DNA of 64,000 nt. It comes from the human T2T-CHM13v2.0 reference genome, Homo sapiens. The notes under the pieces are model-generated. The model had not been told where the DNA came from. It worked only from the letters and a program-made list of their open reading frames with translations, and did not search any database. Below are positions 30,455-45,475 of the stretch, one piece after another. The stretch's first letter is position 1, and the number at the start of each line of letters is the position of its first letter. The position numbers and the translations under genes are program-made. The stretch lies in assembly GCF_009914755.1 (NCBI RefSeq), contig NC_060940.1, one strand, 5' to 3'.

Positions 30455-31303
30455 CCCTACCTGTGTCCCCTGCCTCCCCCCAGCTGCCCACCTGGCCCAC
30501 CACCCCTCCCATCTGTACTCTCCCCCACTCACCCTCCAGTTGCCTACCTGGCCTACCCTGCTCCTACCAGCTGCCCACCTGGCCTGCCACCCCTCCCACC
30601 TGTGTCCCCTGTCCCCCAAAGCTGCCCACCTCGCCCCCCACCCTTTCCACCTGTACCCCCAACTCCCCCTCCAGCTGCCCACCAAGTCCACCAACACCCC
30701 CAACCTGTACCTCCCGCTCCCCCCAGCTGCCCACCGGGTCCACCAACACCCCCAACCTGTACCTCCCGCTCCCCCCAGCTGCCCACCGGGTCCACCAACA
30801 CCCCCAACCTGTACCTCCCGCTCCCCCCAGCTGCCCACCGGGTCCACCAACACCCCCAACCTGTGCCTCCCGCTCCCCCCAGCTGCCCACCGGGTCCACC
30901 AACACCCCCAACCTGTGCCTCCCGCTCCCCCCAGCTGCCCACCGGGTCCACCAACACCCCCAACCTGTGCCTCCCGCTCCCCCCAGCTGCCCACCGGGTC
31001 CACCAACACCCCCAACCTGTGCCTCCCGCTCCCCCCAGCTGCCCACCGGGTCCACCAACACCCCCAACCTGTGCCTCCCGCTCCCCCCAGCTGCCCACCG
31101 GGTCCACCAACACCCCCAACCTGTGCCTCCCGCTCCCCCCAGCTGCCCACCGGGTCCACCAACACCCCCAACCTGTGCCTCCCGCTCCCCCCAGCTGCCC
31201 ACCGGGTCCACCAACACCCCCAACCTGTGCCTCCCGCTCCCCCCAGCTGCCCACCGGGTCCACCAACACCCCCAACCTGTACCTCCCACTCCCCCCAGCT
31301 GCT
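30455..31303. repeat. 52-bp C-rich VNTR (~12 near-perfect copies plus degenerate 5' copies)
   Basis: ccccccagctgcccaccgggtccaccaacacccccaacctgtgcctcccgct. Confidence 0.95.
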
Positions 31304-31881
31304 CACTGGGCTGCCACGCCTCCTGGGGCTTCCACCAGGTCAAGGTCTTGACACAGCTCAGTCCACTGCTCTGTGATGGCCATGTCATGGGTCGTGCCTG
31401 GCAGCGGTCACCCCCTCTGCTGGGCACTGGGCTGACTGCCTATCCCGAGGGCCAGCTAGGTTTGGCGCCAGAGCTGGCCAATGGAACACCGTCACCCCAG
31501 CCACTCGCAGCCACCAAGAGGTGCCGCCTGCACCTGCAGGCTCCGTCTGTCCTTGCTGCACAGCCCCTGCCTGGAGACAGCCTACACCTGTGGGGTGCCC
31601 CTCATCCCTCCACCAGAGCTCTGGTCCCCCCTGCCTTGCCGACCCAGACAGGGCAATGGGCTGGAGCTTTTCCAAGGCCTGCCCAGGACCATTTATGGAC
31701 CCTCAGGGCACCCTCAGAAGCAGACACCTTCCCTTTCAGAGTTGGGGCCGCCCACAGAGAAGGGTCTCACCAGTACTTCACAGATTCAGACTTACAGAAA
31801 TGCTGTGAGAATAACACAGATGCTTCCAGCACCCTTCACCTACATCCCCCCACGACCACATGCCATGTGTATGTTTTCACA

Positions 31882-32158
31882 TTTTTTCTTTTTTTTTTTT
31901 TTTGAGAGCGGGTCTCTATTTTCCAGGCTGGAGTGCAGCCTTAACCTTCCTGGGCTCAGGTGATTCTCCCACCTCAGCCTCCTGACTATCTGGGATTACA
32001 GGCACCCACCACCACGCCTGGCTCATTTTTGTACTTTTAGTAGAGATGGGGTTTCACCGTGTTACTCAGGCTGGTCTCAAACTCTTGGGCTCAAGCCATG
32101 TGCCTGCGTCGGCCTCCCAAAGTGGTGGGATTACAAGTGTGAGCCACCGGGCCCAGCC
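31882..32158 (-). mobile_element. Alu (older subfamily)
   Basis: Alu sequence. Confidence 0.9.
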
Positions 32159-33284
32159 AGCACATTCTTTATGTTTTTCTGCACCATTTGAGTCAGCTGC
32201 CCATTTTGGCTCTGGAATTTTCAGCGTGCATTTCCTCAGAACAAGGCAGCCAGTGCGGTGCTCAAACCCGGGGCTTTTGCAGGGATGCCGTCCAAGCCAC
32301 CGACCCCATTCCAGCGTGTCCCACGTGTCATGGGCCAGTCTCCAAAGCCTCTGGGGGCTTAGGGATGGAGCCCGTTACTCAGGAGTGTCCCTGGCTGGGT
32401 CTGCTGGTGACCCTCATGATGAGATGCCACTCATGCTTGTGGCAGCAGCAGAGGGCACCACCCAGGGTGGCACACAGAGCCCACCTGTTCATCCCAGTGA
32501 TGCCAACGTGACTACTTGGTCGAGGTCTTGTCTGCAGGATTTTCCGCTGCAAAGCTACATTCCCTTGTCATTAATTTGTCCACAGAAATGGGACCATGTT
32601 GACGCTCCATCCCTCACTGCCCTCATCCACTGCACGCTGTGTCCACCAAGGTGATTGGCTCTGTCCACTCATGGGATGTGAGTGAGGCCTCCCCTTGGCA
32701 GCAGGCCAGGACTGGGGGGGGTCCCTGAGTAGCTGAAACTTGTAGGTGCTCCCTGGGCACAGGGCTTCAGGGGCCAAGGCTTGTCTGCCCCACTGGGCAA
32801 CTGTCCACCCCCTTAGCAGGACTTTGAGGACATCCCGGCGGCTGCTGGGCTCCCCGGGGGCAGGGTGGACACCCCAAACTGCTCCCTTTGTCTCCCAAGC
32901 CCCTCACTTGGACAGAGGCTCCGCTTAGTGTCCTGGCCCGTCTCTGCCATGGCCATTGAGTGTGGGGTGTGGCAGAAGGGGGCTGTCAGGGTCTCCACCA
33001 GACACTGCTCAGGCCTCCGAGATGGGCCCAGAAATACCCTGACTGCTCAACAAGTGGGTGCCCAGGTGGTGGCTCACCCCAAACTTCTGGGTGGAGGTCT
33101 CTTCCCACACTCCACTGTCTTTGGCTGCCCTGTCCCTGGCCTGAGATCTCTCAGCTGCAGGGATGGTGTCCTGCCCCTGCCCAGGCCTGGCTTGGCCATG
33201 GTGGACCCCAGGACACCCTGCGTAAGTGCACGCAGCTGCCCCTCGGTCCACAAGGCCTGGATGCCAGAGGATGGCACCCCTCTG

Positions 33285-33390
33285 TCCATCCCTCCCTTCA
33301 CTGGGCCTGCTGCCCCAGAGTCCGTCCCTCCCTTCACTGGGCCTGCTGCCCCAGAGTCCGTCCCTCCCTTCACTGGGCCTGCTGCCCTAG
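33285..33390. repeat. 36-bp tandem repeat x3
   Basis: tccgtccctcccttcactgggcctgctgccccagag. Confidence 0.9.
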
Positions 33391-33719
33391 ACCCATCTGG
33401 GTTCCCTGGGACACTTTTCTGCTCGGAGGCTGGGAGGTCAGAGGGCACAGCAGCTTTCCAAGGATCTCACCCTATGGAAAGGTTCCTGAACCCAGGAACC
33501 CAGGACAGGGCTGTGTCCACAGGCTGTGGTGGGCAGCTCCAGTGGGAGAAACCTGACTTCTTCATCAGCCAGGGGATGACCCTTTCTTGTCCCAGGAGGT
33601 GGGAACTAGGCAGCAGTGGCCCACGGCTGGGTCTGGAGAGCGTTTTACTTTGTTTTTCTTTTTTAAAAAAGTTTATTTTTGTGAAGACCATAAGAACATT
33701 TTTAATTGTTTATTTTTGA

Positions 33720-34154
<435 letters not shown>

Positions 34155-34261
34155 TGAGGGGCCTCAGGGACTTCACAGCCAGGGCTCAAGTCTGGGCACA
34201 ATGACCTCTGAGCAGAAGAGGCTCTCCCTGACCCGCCAGGTTGTTTCCGGGTTAATGCCTG

Positions 34262-34488
<227 letters not shown>

Positions 34489-34539
34489 TCAGGCCATGTC
34501 TTCAGCTCTGGGGGACGGGAGGTCACTGGAGGTGTGGGG

Positions 34540-36620
34540 CTGCCCGTCCTGGCGTCCCTCTGTGTAAGCAGCACCTGCTCCCGGAGGCACAGCCCTGGTC
34601 GGGGCCCCTCTGGAGGAGGGTTCTTGCCGGGCTCTGCTCCTCGCCGGCGGGGCAGACGTGACGGGCTCCGCACCCGGTCTGGAGAGGGCTGCGCTGGGTC
34701 GGCGCTGACGTTACTGCTTTTACTTACGACTGTAACAGCGCTACTGAACGCAGAGCACGTATCACAAAGCTCACCCGTTCCGAGTGAGTAACTTCACCGA
34801 GAGAGGCAGGACCATCCCCACGACGGTAGGACCTTCTCGTCACCCCAGAAAGAACCACGTGCCCACTCAACCCCCGACCCCACGCCGGGGCCCGCGGACG
34901 CAGCCGCCTCGCTCGCCCACGCACCTGCGGCAGCCGGGCCCGGCAGGGACGAGGGCTCGGCGGCGCCCCCGGGAAGAGCGCGGTCCGGGCCCTGGGTCCC
35001 CGTCCAGGAGGCGCCGCTGCCGCAGTGAGCACGTCGGGCCGGGTCTTGAGCTCGCGCCGGCCGCGCTCCCCGCGTCCCGAGCTGTGGCGGCCGCGTCCCC
35101 GGGCGGAAGGCTCACGCTCGGTGACGCCGCGCTGTCCCAGAACCTCAGCGACTTTGCAGACTCACTGGTGACCCAACGGTGCGCCCCGCCGCCGCCGGGC
35201 GGAAGTCCCGCCCCTGCCCCGGAGAGGAAGTTCCGCCTCATCGAGCGCCGATTGGCCGCACCGCCTTAGAGAGGACGCGCCCGGGGCCACCCCGCCGCTC
35301 CCTCCGAGGGTTCTGCGGAAGCAGGCGGCACAGCCTGCGAGGGGCTTTCGTTTCCCGGACTCAGCCGCATCGCCTCGGCTCGGGCGCGCCTGCATCCTGC
35401 CGCCCGTCCGCGCGTTGAAGGGGCGGATACAAACAACGTGGACTTCCGAGCCCCTGATTGGCGAGCGTGTAGGAAAGGGGCGGGGTTAGCAGAGCCGTGA
35501 TGGACATGCAAGCGACCCAATGGCGCCGGCGACGGGGCGGGCGAGGACAACGGCGTTGTGGGCCGGGGGCGGGGCGGCCGGCGGCTCTGGGATTTCTCTG
35601 GGAGGCAGCCGCAGGGAAGGGAATGATCTTGGTGAACTTATAATCGAACCAATGGTTCCGGGAAAGCAGGAGGCGAGTGGCCAATGGCGACGGCGATGAG
35701 GCAGGCGTCCGCTGTCTCCGCAACGCCGTGTGGGAAAGGCGGGGGAGGGGCGGTCATGACAGACGTGCAGACAGGCCAATGGCTGAGGGAAGGAGGGCGG
35801 CGGGCGACCTCTGGTGACTACGGGAAGGCAGGGCGGGGTGGTGAAGAGGCGGTGCGACCGGAGGTCTGGCGGCGCCGTGTGGAACGCCGTGAGGGCGGGG
35901 AAGTCGTGACGGACGGGCGGGTGGGCCAATGGGCTCGGGAGGGCGGGCGAAGGGTGGCCAATGGCGGCGGCGCGGCCGGGGGTGGGGCGGCGCGGCGGCC
36001 CTGGTGGTGCGGGAAGCGGCGGGGCGGCGGCGAGGCTGAGGTGCGCCCGGGCGCGGGCGGGGCGGGGCCGGCGCTGGGCTTCGGGCGCGCCCACTCGGCC
36101 GCCGTGGGGCGGACGCAACGGGCGCAGGTGCGGGGCGCGGGCTCTCTCACGCCGCGGCCTCACCCGGCGGTGCTTCGGCAGGCGGCCGGCGCGGGGCGCA
36201 GGCGGCGCGGCCATGGGCTCGCAGGGCAGTCCGGTGAAGAGCTACGACTACCTGCTCAAGTTCCTGCTGGTGGGCGACAGCGACGTGGGCAAGGGCGAGA
36301 TCCTGGAGAGCCTGCAGGACGGCGCGGCAGAGTCCCCGTACGCCTACAGTAACGGTAAGGCCCGGCCCGCGGCGCGCGCTGCTACGCGGGGCCCGAGCCC
36401 GGCGAGCTGGGCACGGAGCTCGCCCTCGGCCCGGCCCTTCCAAGCGCCGCCGAACGTTCCCAGGAACGCCTTTGCCTGGCTTCCAGACTCGGTAGCTCGG
36501 TGGCTGCGGGGTGCCCGTGCTCCAGTCCCGAGGTGACGCCGGGGGGCAGGAGGACGGACCAGAGGGACGCGCCCAGCGGGGACGGTGCCATGGACCCGGG
36601 GTCTGGGGGACGGTGTCACG
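34540..36620. promoter_or_regulatory. CpG island / RAB40C promoter with eight CCAAT boxes, GC boxes and ETS sites
   Basis: ATTGG at 35251 and 35457; CCAAT at 35517, 35649, 35681, 35776, 35926 and 35958. Confidence 0.9.
36213..36354 (+). CDS. RAB40C: RAB40C coding exon 1 (Rab40-family GTPase N-terminus)
   Basis: GCCATGG; [47 protein letters not shown]; donor ACG|GTAAGG (phase 1). Confidence 0.96.
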
Positions 36621-37315
36621 GGTCCGGGATCTCAGGGGAAGGTGTCATGGGTCCGGGATCTGGAGCCCAGGGGAAGGTGTCATGGGTCCTAGAGAAGGTG
36701 TCATGGGCCTGGGGAAGGTGTCATGGGTCTAGGATCATCTGGGGTCCGAGGGAAGGTGTCATGGGCTCGGGGGAAGGTGTCGTGGGCCGGAGGGAAGGTG
36801 TCATGGGTGCAGGATCTGGGGTCTGGGAGAAGGTGTCATAGGTCCGAGGGAAGGTGTCATGGGTCCAGGATCTGGGGTCCGGGGAAAGATGTCATGGTCC
36901 CGGTAGAAGGCGTCATGGGCCAAAAGGAAGGTGTCATGGGTCTAGGATCATCTGGGGTCCGAGGAAAGGTGTCATAGATCTGGGGGAAGGCATCATGGTC
37001 CTAAGGGAAGCTGTCATGGGTCTGGGATCATCTGGGGTCCGAGGGAAGGTGTCATAGATCTGGGGAAAGGTGTCATGGGTCTGGGATCTCAGGGGAAGGT
37101 GTCATGGGCCTAAGGGAAGGTGTCATGGTCTGGGATCTCAGGGGAAGGTGTCATGGGTCTAGGATCATCTGGGGTCTGAGGGAAGGTGTCATAGATCTGG
37201 GGGAAGGCATCATGGTCCTAAGGGAAGGTGTCATGGGTCTGGGATCATCTGGGGTCCGAGGGAAGGTGTTATAGATCTGGGGAAAGGTGTCATGGGCCCG
37301 GGGAAGGTGTCACGG
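36585..37315. repeat. Degenerate minisatellite with core GGAAGGTGTCATGGG
   Basis: ~25 variable-length units. Confidence 0.9.
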
Positions 37316-37411
37316 ACCCAGGTCTGGTGGCAGGTGCTGCTGGGCTGCTCTTGGGACCCTGTCTCGAGCGTGCACAGATGACAGGTCCTTATAGGCACGC
37401 TGTTCCCCTGA

Positions 37412-37815
<404 letters not shown>

Positions 37816-40723
37816 TGAACGTTTGTTTTTAACTTCCAGTGGCATGGCTAAAATACACTAGATAGGTGGCATCACTGGGGCTTGCCTGCCTGAGCATGCC
37901 TCTTAATTTAGGTGGTTAACAGAGTGAGTGAGACGGTGTGGTCCTCATCCCCTCTCATGGGGGCCTGGACCCAGCCGAATGGGATGTGGCCCCAGATGAA
38001 CTGGGAGCAGTCAGCATCCAGCCTCCCCAGAGTCCATCTGCGCTTCAGGGAATGCCATCTACGCTGGCGAACTTACCTCTCCTGGTCCCTGCCCTCTCCC
38101 CTTGCTTTGTTTCTTGGGCTCTTGTCCGTCCTGTCTGACTGCCCTGAGCGTCTGCTATTTGCTGAATTGTCTGCCTTTGGCTGCTGAGAGTGTGGGCGCA
38201 GCATCCCCCACTCTCTCAACTCGGGGGTTGGCAGAGCGTGGGATTACCTGGACTGAGGCTGAGCGCGCTTCCTCCTGGCATGGCTTCAGCAGTGGGCAGC
38301 AGCACCGGGGGCTCTGGAAGCTTGTGCTCCTGGCTTCAGCCTGGAGGAGGGGTTGGAAAGGGCCAGGGAGGAAGAGCTCTGTGTCCATTTTGAGGTGGGG
38401 GAAGTGTAAGGCCCACTGGGGCATTGGGGGCTCACACGTTAGGCCCCTGCACCTGCCGCCTCCTGGTCCTGCACTTGACAGTGACTGCCCCAGAATTGGT
38501 AACTCCTGACTCAGGTGGTGGGCGGCCAAGTTGATTGTGAAGGTGGCGTTGCCTTCTAAAGCTTGGCTCCAGGGGCGCTGCGCACTCCCAGGAGGCTGGC
38601 GGCGTGCGTGTTTGTGCATGTTCAGAAGAGCACGGGAAGGATTGGGTTTCATCAATCGGTGTTTTCCCAGGACATGAAGGCGTGCTTCTGAGGGCCGGCT
38701 CAGCCATGCTGGCCAGCTCGCCTACCCAACTGCACCACACAGCCAGGAGCTGGAGAGACAGGACCCTCCTTCCTCCCTGTCCCCTTCGTCGGGCTGTGGG
38801 GCATTGCCACACTTCCTCTGACATGCTCACTGAAGTGGGGCCAGTATTGTGTAAGACGTGGAGACCTGCCTGCTTGCAGAGACTTCAGAGGCTCACAGTG
38901 GCTTGGACCAGAGGCAGAGAGGAGAGTCCACTCTTAGAAAGACACCACGTGCTCTCAGGGCCCGGGGCACACTTCCAGGTCCCCGCAGGAGTCCTGTGGC
39001 CTCGAGCAGAGAAGGAAGCGCCTCTGGGCTGTGGAACGCGCTTTCTGTGTCTAAGGTCTCAAGGTTAAGACGTGCACAGCACAAGGAGCAGGTCTTTGTG
39101 GTCAGGTGGCAGCTTGCCAACCTCAGGGGCCAGCCCTCTTCATCAGGGTGAAGTTGGTGGATCTGAGGGTTTCCCAAGGGGGCTATTCAGGGTCTCAGAA
39201 GCTCAGGAGCAGCTGGTTCTCAGGACTCAGCATCTTGAGAATTTATTCTCCTTTGAAAGAGTTGTAGCAGGAGCTTTAGGCCTCTGGCCCTCGTGGGAAG
39301 GACGTACGTGTTAACCTCCATTGCTTTCTCTCCTTTGTTGGGAGGTGCCCTCTGTGTTTCCAGCTTCCGTGTTTCTTCAGGGCTGCCTGCTGGGCAGTGG
39401 GTGCCCTTGGCAGGGAGGCCCCTTCTGTGCAAGGCTTACTGCTTCAGCATGGCCCACAGCTCCTTCAGCTCACACCGGATCGCTTACCTGCCTGGAAGTC
39501 TTGTCTGGCATGTTCCTCAGACAGGTGTGTGAGCGTACATTGCCCTCTCCAGCTTCACAAACAAATGAGTCATCGAAGTGACCTTTTTCTTAGTACTGGC
39601 ACCTGAGGCAGTGGCGTGTGACCACACGCCCAGCACCTGTGGGAGCCCCTGTGAGCTCTTCCGTGTCTCCTAATGTGGGTGTGCGCTGGGTTTCTGGATC
39701 TCTAGGTCTGGAAAGGCTTTCCTTTCTTTGACACCCAGCAGTGATCTTAGGGAGTGCTTCATGCTCTCTTCAGGATGGAACAGAGCGCTTTGCATAGAGT
39801 GCCCCTGGGTGATGGTGGCGAGTTACCCGGCAGGAATTATGCTTCATCCAGGAGTGTGGGTGGTGCACGCGGCGGGGAGGAGAAAGCTGCAGTTCAGGAG
39901 CGAACCTGCAGTCAGGCTCCAGGGTGTGGGCCAGGGTGGTGGGCCCGTGTTGGCCCCCAGGAACCACCCGCACAGGGTGCACACCCTTCCCCAAGCCCAG
40001 CCGCTCCCGCTCTGCAGGGGGCATCGAAGGTCCTGGATTAAGGCAGTTCCACCCTCGGCACCGTGTCCCCACAAACCTTCCTGGGAGCAAGTTTTCCTCC
40101 CGCCACGTTGGTCAGGGTGTGTGTGCCCGGGTCCTGGAAGACTTCAGAAGGGGTTAATCCTGGCTTGACTTTATTTCTCTCTCTGCTCTTTTGGGGTTCA
40201 GTGTTGGTGGAAGCTGCTGAGTGACACTCCGGTCCTTTGAGCCTGGCAAGTTGTGGGGAGAAACGGAGGGAGGCGGTTGTGGACATGGCGAGGCTAACAT
40301 CACGGTTTGCTGTGGATGTTGGGGCCTGGTGGTCACTGAGATGTCTGTGGGGCCACACGCTGCCTGCTGTACCCATGGGAGCGAGGGCACCCTGTGTGGG
40401 TGTCCCAGCTTCTTCGGCTTCACGACTCCCTGAGCTTTCTCCAAACAGTTACAAACGTTTCTTCTCATCTGGCTTGAAGTTCGTGGCTCCGAAGTGGCCA
40501 ATTCCAGGGGACACTATCTTGAGAGGCTCCTCCGTGTTTCATTGTCCTGATGTGTCGTCGGCTGCTTATCCCCAGGGCTAGCTGAGGGTTTCGTGGGAGG
40601 TTCTAGCTGTGTGTCTTTAGGTGACTGGACAGCCGTGCGTGGCTTCCCTGTGCCTACTGTTGGTGTTGGGCACCACTGACCACTGCAGCCCAGAGTCCCT
40701 TCTCCTCCCCTGCACTTGATTAG

Positions 40724-40991
<268 letters not shown>

Positions 40992-41452
40992 GGGGGTTTT
41001 GCTCGTTTTCTGGGGCAGTGTTTTGGGGTTTGCCTTTCCTCTGTGAGGTGCCGGGTTTTCCAGCAGGGTGGTGTTGTGGGAGGAACGGGGTGTTCACCAT
41101 GGCAACAGCTAATGCTGCCAGCGTGTGATGAGTGTTGCCTGCCAGCACCGGTGGGCGCTTTCCGCTGCCCCCGTGTAGCCCCCACCACCACCTGTGAGAA
41201 GGCAGCACCACCCCCACTGTGCAGACGAGGGATTGAGGCTCAGGAGGCGGCAGCTGTAGGGGTGGGCTTGGGGTCCGGGAGGAGCCGCCCTGCAGGCCTC
41301 CTGTGAAGCAGCGGGCTTCATGGCTCTTCCCCTGTCCTCCTCACGTCCACCTGGGCCTGGGGACGGCTGCCACACACCTGCTTCTGCTGCACCGCGCACA
41401 CTAAGTTCTCCTGAGACCCAAGCCTCAGAGGACCGCCTCAGGCCCGGGATGA

Positions 41453-41821
<369 letters not shown>

Positions 41822-43393
41822 TCTAATTGTGCTGTTTTATAAGTTGGACTGGCATGGCCTTACTTAAATTTTCAGGAAACTGTTGAGTCAGTAGGTAGAA
41901 TATTGAATGTTAAGTTTGTCCAGAGGCCAGATGCCAGAACTTTTGGACAAGTGAGTTAATGTCCACCTCCAGTCCTTAGCACTTGCTCTAAGCGCTCACA
42001 GGCAACAGGGCAAATGCTTGCATGGCAGGTGCACGGCAGTGCCAGCCAGGTCTCTCGCAGGGTGGTGTGGACACAGATGACTCGTGTCGAGCACACGTGT
42101 TGTGGCCTGCACGATGAGCTAAATTGAACAGTGTTTCAGGAAGGAAGCCACATCGGGGAGCTGAGAGGTGGGCGGGAAGGACACAAGGGAGGGATCTGGG
42201 TCCTCGCAGGTACTTTTGCCTCTTGTTCTATTTGAAGATTGCAGCTGAGAAGGCGCGAAGCTGCTGGTCCCTGAAAAGCTGCCGCCTACCCTGGTCTGGA
42301 GCCCCTGCGAGCTGGCGTAGAGCAGGAAGGGGTTGCATCACAGCTGAGTCCTCCCCTGCGCAGCACATGGTACGATGCCACCCCACCGAGGGCCGTTCTG
42401 GGGCCCAGGGGCCACGTCAGCCAGGGTGTCATCCGCCGGGCGTTTGGAGTAAGCAGGGAAAGGTGTCGGCGTCCAGCATCCTGGTGCGGAGAACGCTGCC
42501 GAACCACTGTGAGAAGGCGGGGAGACTGCTTGTCAGGCTGAGCTGACTTCCTGGGCGGTCGGGAGAAGGATGTGCAGACTGTGGAACTGGCGGGTGTCAG
42601 GGACCAGAAGTTACGAAGGCGGTGGGAAGAGGAGCAGCTGTGGGAAGAAGGACTGGCTGCCAAGACCATGGGCTGTGGGCATCCTCAGGGCAGGAGCTGG
42701 GTGGAAGAGGGGCCTCTTCAGTCCTCTTGGCAGTGAAGGTAAACAGATGTCAGCAGGGTGGACTCGCACTTTGAGCCTAAGGTAGCGAGGAGGCTTCTGA
42801 GCCGACCTGGGGATGGCGGCGCACTCTGATACAGGCAGTGCGCGGCTGTCTCGTGCTGAGATCAGGATTTTGAGTAAAGCAGAGATTTCTGGACGTTTGT
42901 CCTTCAGAAATTAGCGGAGGGACAAGGGCATTGGCGCTGTGGAGAGGTAGGGACCCATGGGTATGGGGCGGAAGACCAGGGCACGACCAGACACCGCCAG
43001 GGTGCTGCACATGTAGGTAGCAGGGGGAGGTGGTCCAGGCAAGATGGGATGGGAGGGGCTCAGGAGCAGCCAGGTTCTAGTGCTGGTGATGAGGTGGGTG
43101 GTGGCAGGGGCATGTGGAAGGGTCTTCTGACCATGGCTTACAGAGGGCTTGGTGCTGGGGGGCCTGGAGTTGTGGAAAGGGTGAAGGGAAGAGTTGGTCC
43201 CATATTCCCAGATGGCAGAGTGGAAACAGAAGCACTCGGCCCCTGAGCAGCCTTCGCCGTCTTTACAGTGAACACAGTCCTCAAACCAAACTGGGAAGGA
43301 TTCGAATCCTGGATGGGTGATGTGGTCCTGGCTGTGTAAACTGACCCTGATGAAAGACATGCCCATCCTGTGAGAGGGACAGCCATCTAGCAT

Positions 43394-43710
43394 CTTTTTT
43401 TTTTTTTTAATTTTTATTTTTTGAGACAGAGTCTTGCTCCGTTACCCAGGGTGTAGTTCGATGGCACTATCTTGGCTCGCTGCAACCTCTTGAGCCTCAT
43501 GGGTTCAAGCGATTCTCCTGCCTTGGCCTCCTGAGTAGCTGGGATTACAGGCATGCACCACCACACCTGGCTAATTTTTTACATTTTTAGTAGAGACAGA
43601 GGTTTTGCTGTGTTGGCCAGGCTGGTCTTGAACTTCTGACTTCAAGCAATCCGCCCGCCTCAGCTTCCCAAAGTTGGTGGAATTACAGGCATGAGCCACT
43701 GTGCCCAGCC
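43394..43710 (-). mobile_element. Alu
   Basis: Alu sequence; TSD-like agcatcttt on both sides. Confidence 0.93.
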
Positions 43711-43739
43711 CAGCTCAGCATCTTTGGAAAAGAGCAGAG

Positions 43740-44680
<941 letters not shown>

Positions 44681-45475
44681 AAAGAGGATGGAAGAAGAGA
44701 AGAGCTGAGTCCTGGAAATGGGCAGGTACTTTACAGTTTGTACAGCGGCCGGATGTAAGAACCTCATGTCAACCCTGAGTGAAGGTGTAGGCCGGGCGGT
44801 CAAGCACAGCACTCTCCAGCAGCTCCAGCAGCGTGGGTAACCCGGTGGGAGCCTGTGTGCTGCTTTCCCTGCCCGGGGCCGGCGGCTGCTGCTGGGCTTT
44901 CGCCTGACTTCCTGGTCAGCAACGTTGTCGGCCACCTGGGCACAGCAGGTACAGCCTGTGTGTCAGACCTAGCTGGGAGGGGCGGTAATAGGGTAGATGA
45001 CATCAGGATTCAGGACTCTGAACACAAACACAGTGACACTGATCAGGGTTGCCGAGGTGCTGTGTTTCGGTCCAGAAAGTCACTGCTGCAGGGGAGGGGA
45101 GTATGGTCACAGCCCAGGCCCCGGCCCCGGCCGAAGCTGCCACTGACAGGAGACCCTTCTCTGCCTGTGCCACCAGCTTTGCTCCGAGGGGTGTCTGTGT
45201 CCTCAGGCTCTGCCAAGGCAGTGTCAGGCTGATGCCTGCCCGTGTCGGCCGGCCACAGCCCTAGTGGCTGCCCGCAGAGTCTTGCGCCCACCTGATTCCT
45301 GCCTGAGAGGAGCCGCCAGGTCAGCTGATGCCAGCAGGACCCACTTCACCAGGTCAGCAAGGAGGAGGCAGCTTCCCTTGGGGCCACGCCGTGCCTCCTC
45401 CGTGTGCGCTGCTGCCATGGCTGCTTCTGTCGATAGGCATGTACGTGAAAATGCACACCCGTGGGTGTTCGCTAC

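Noticed and set aside
30044-31905. Long ORFs of 240-569 aa on both strands
   Set aside because: Translations of the 52-bp VNTR.
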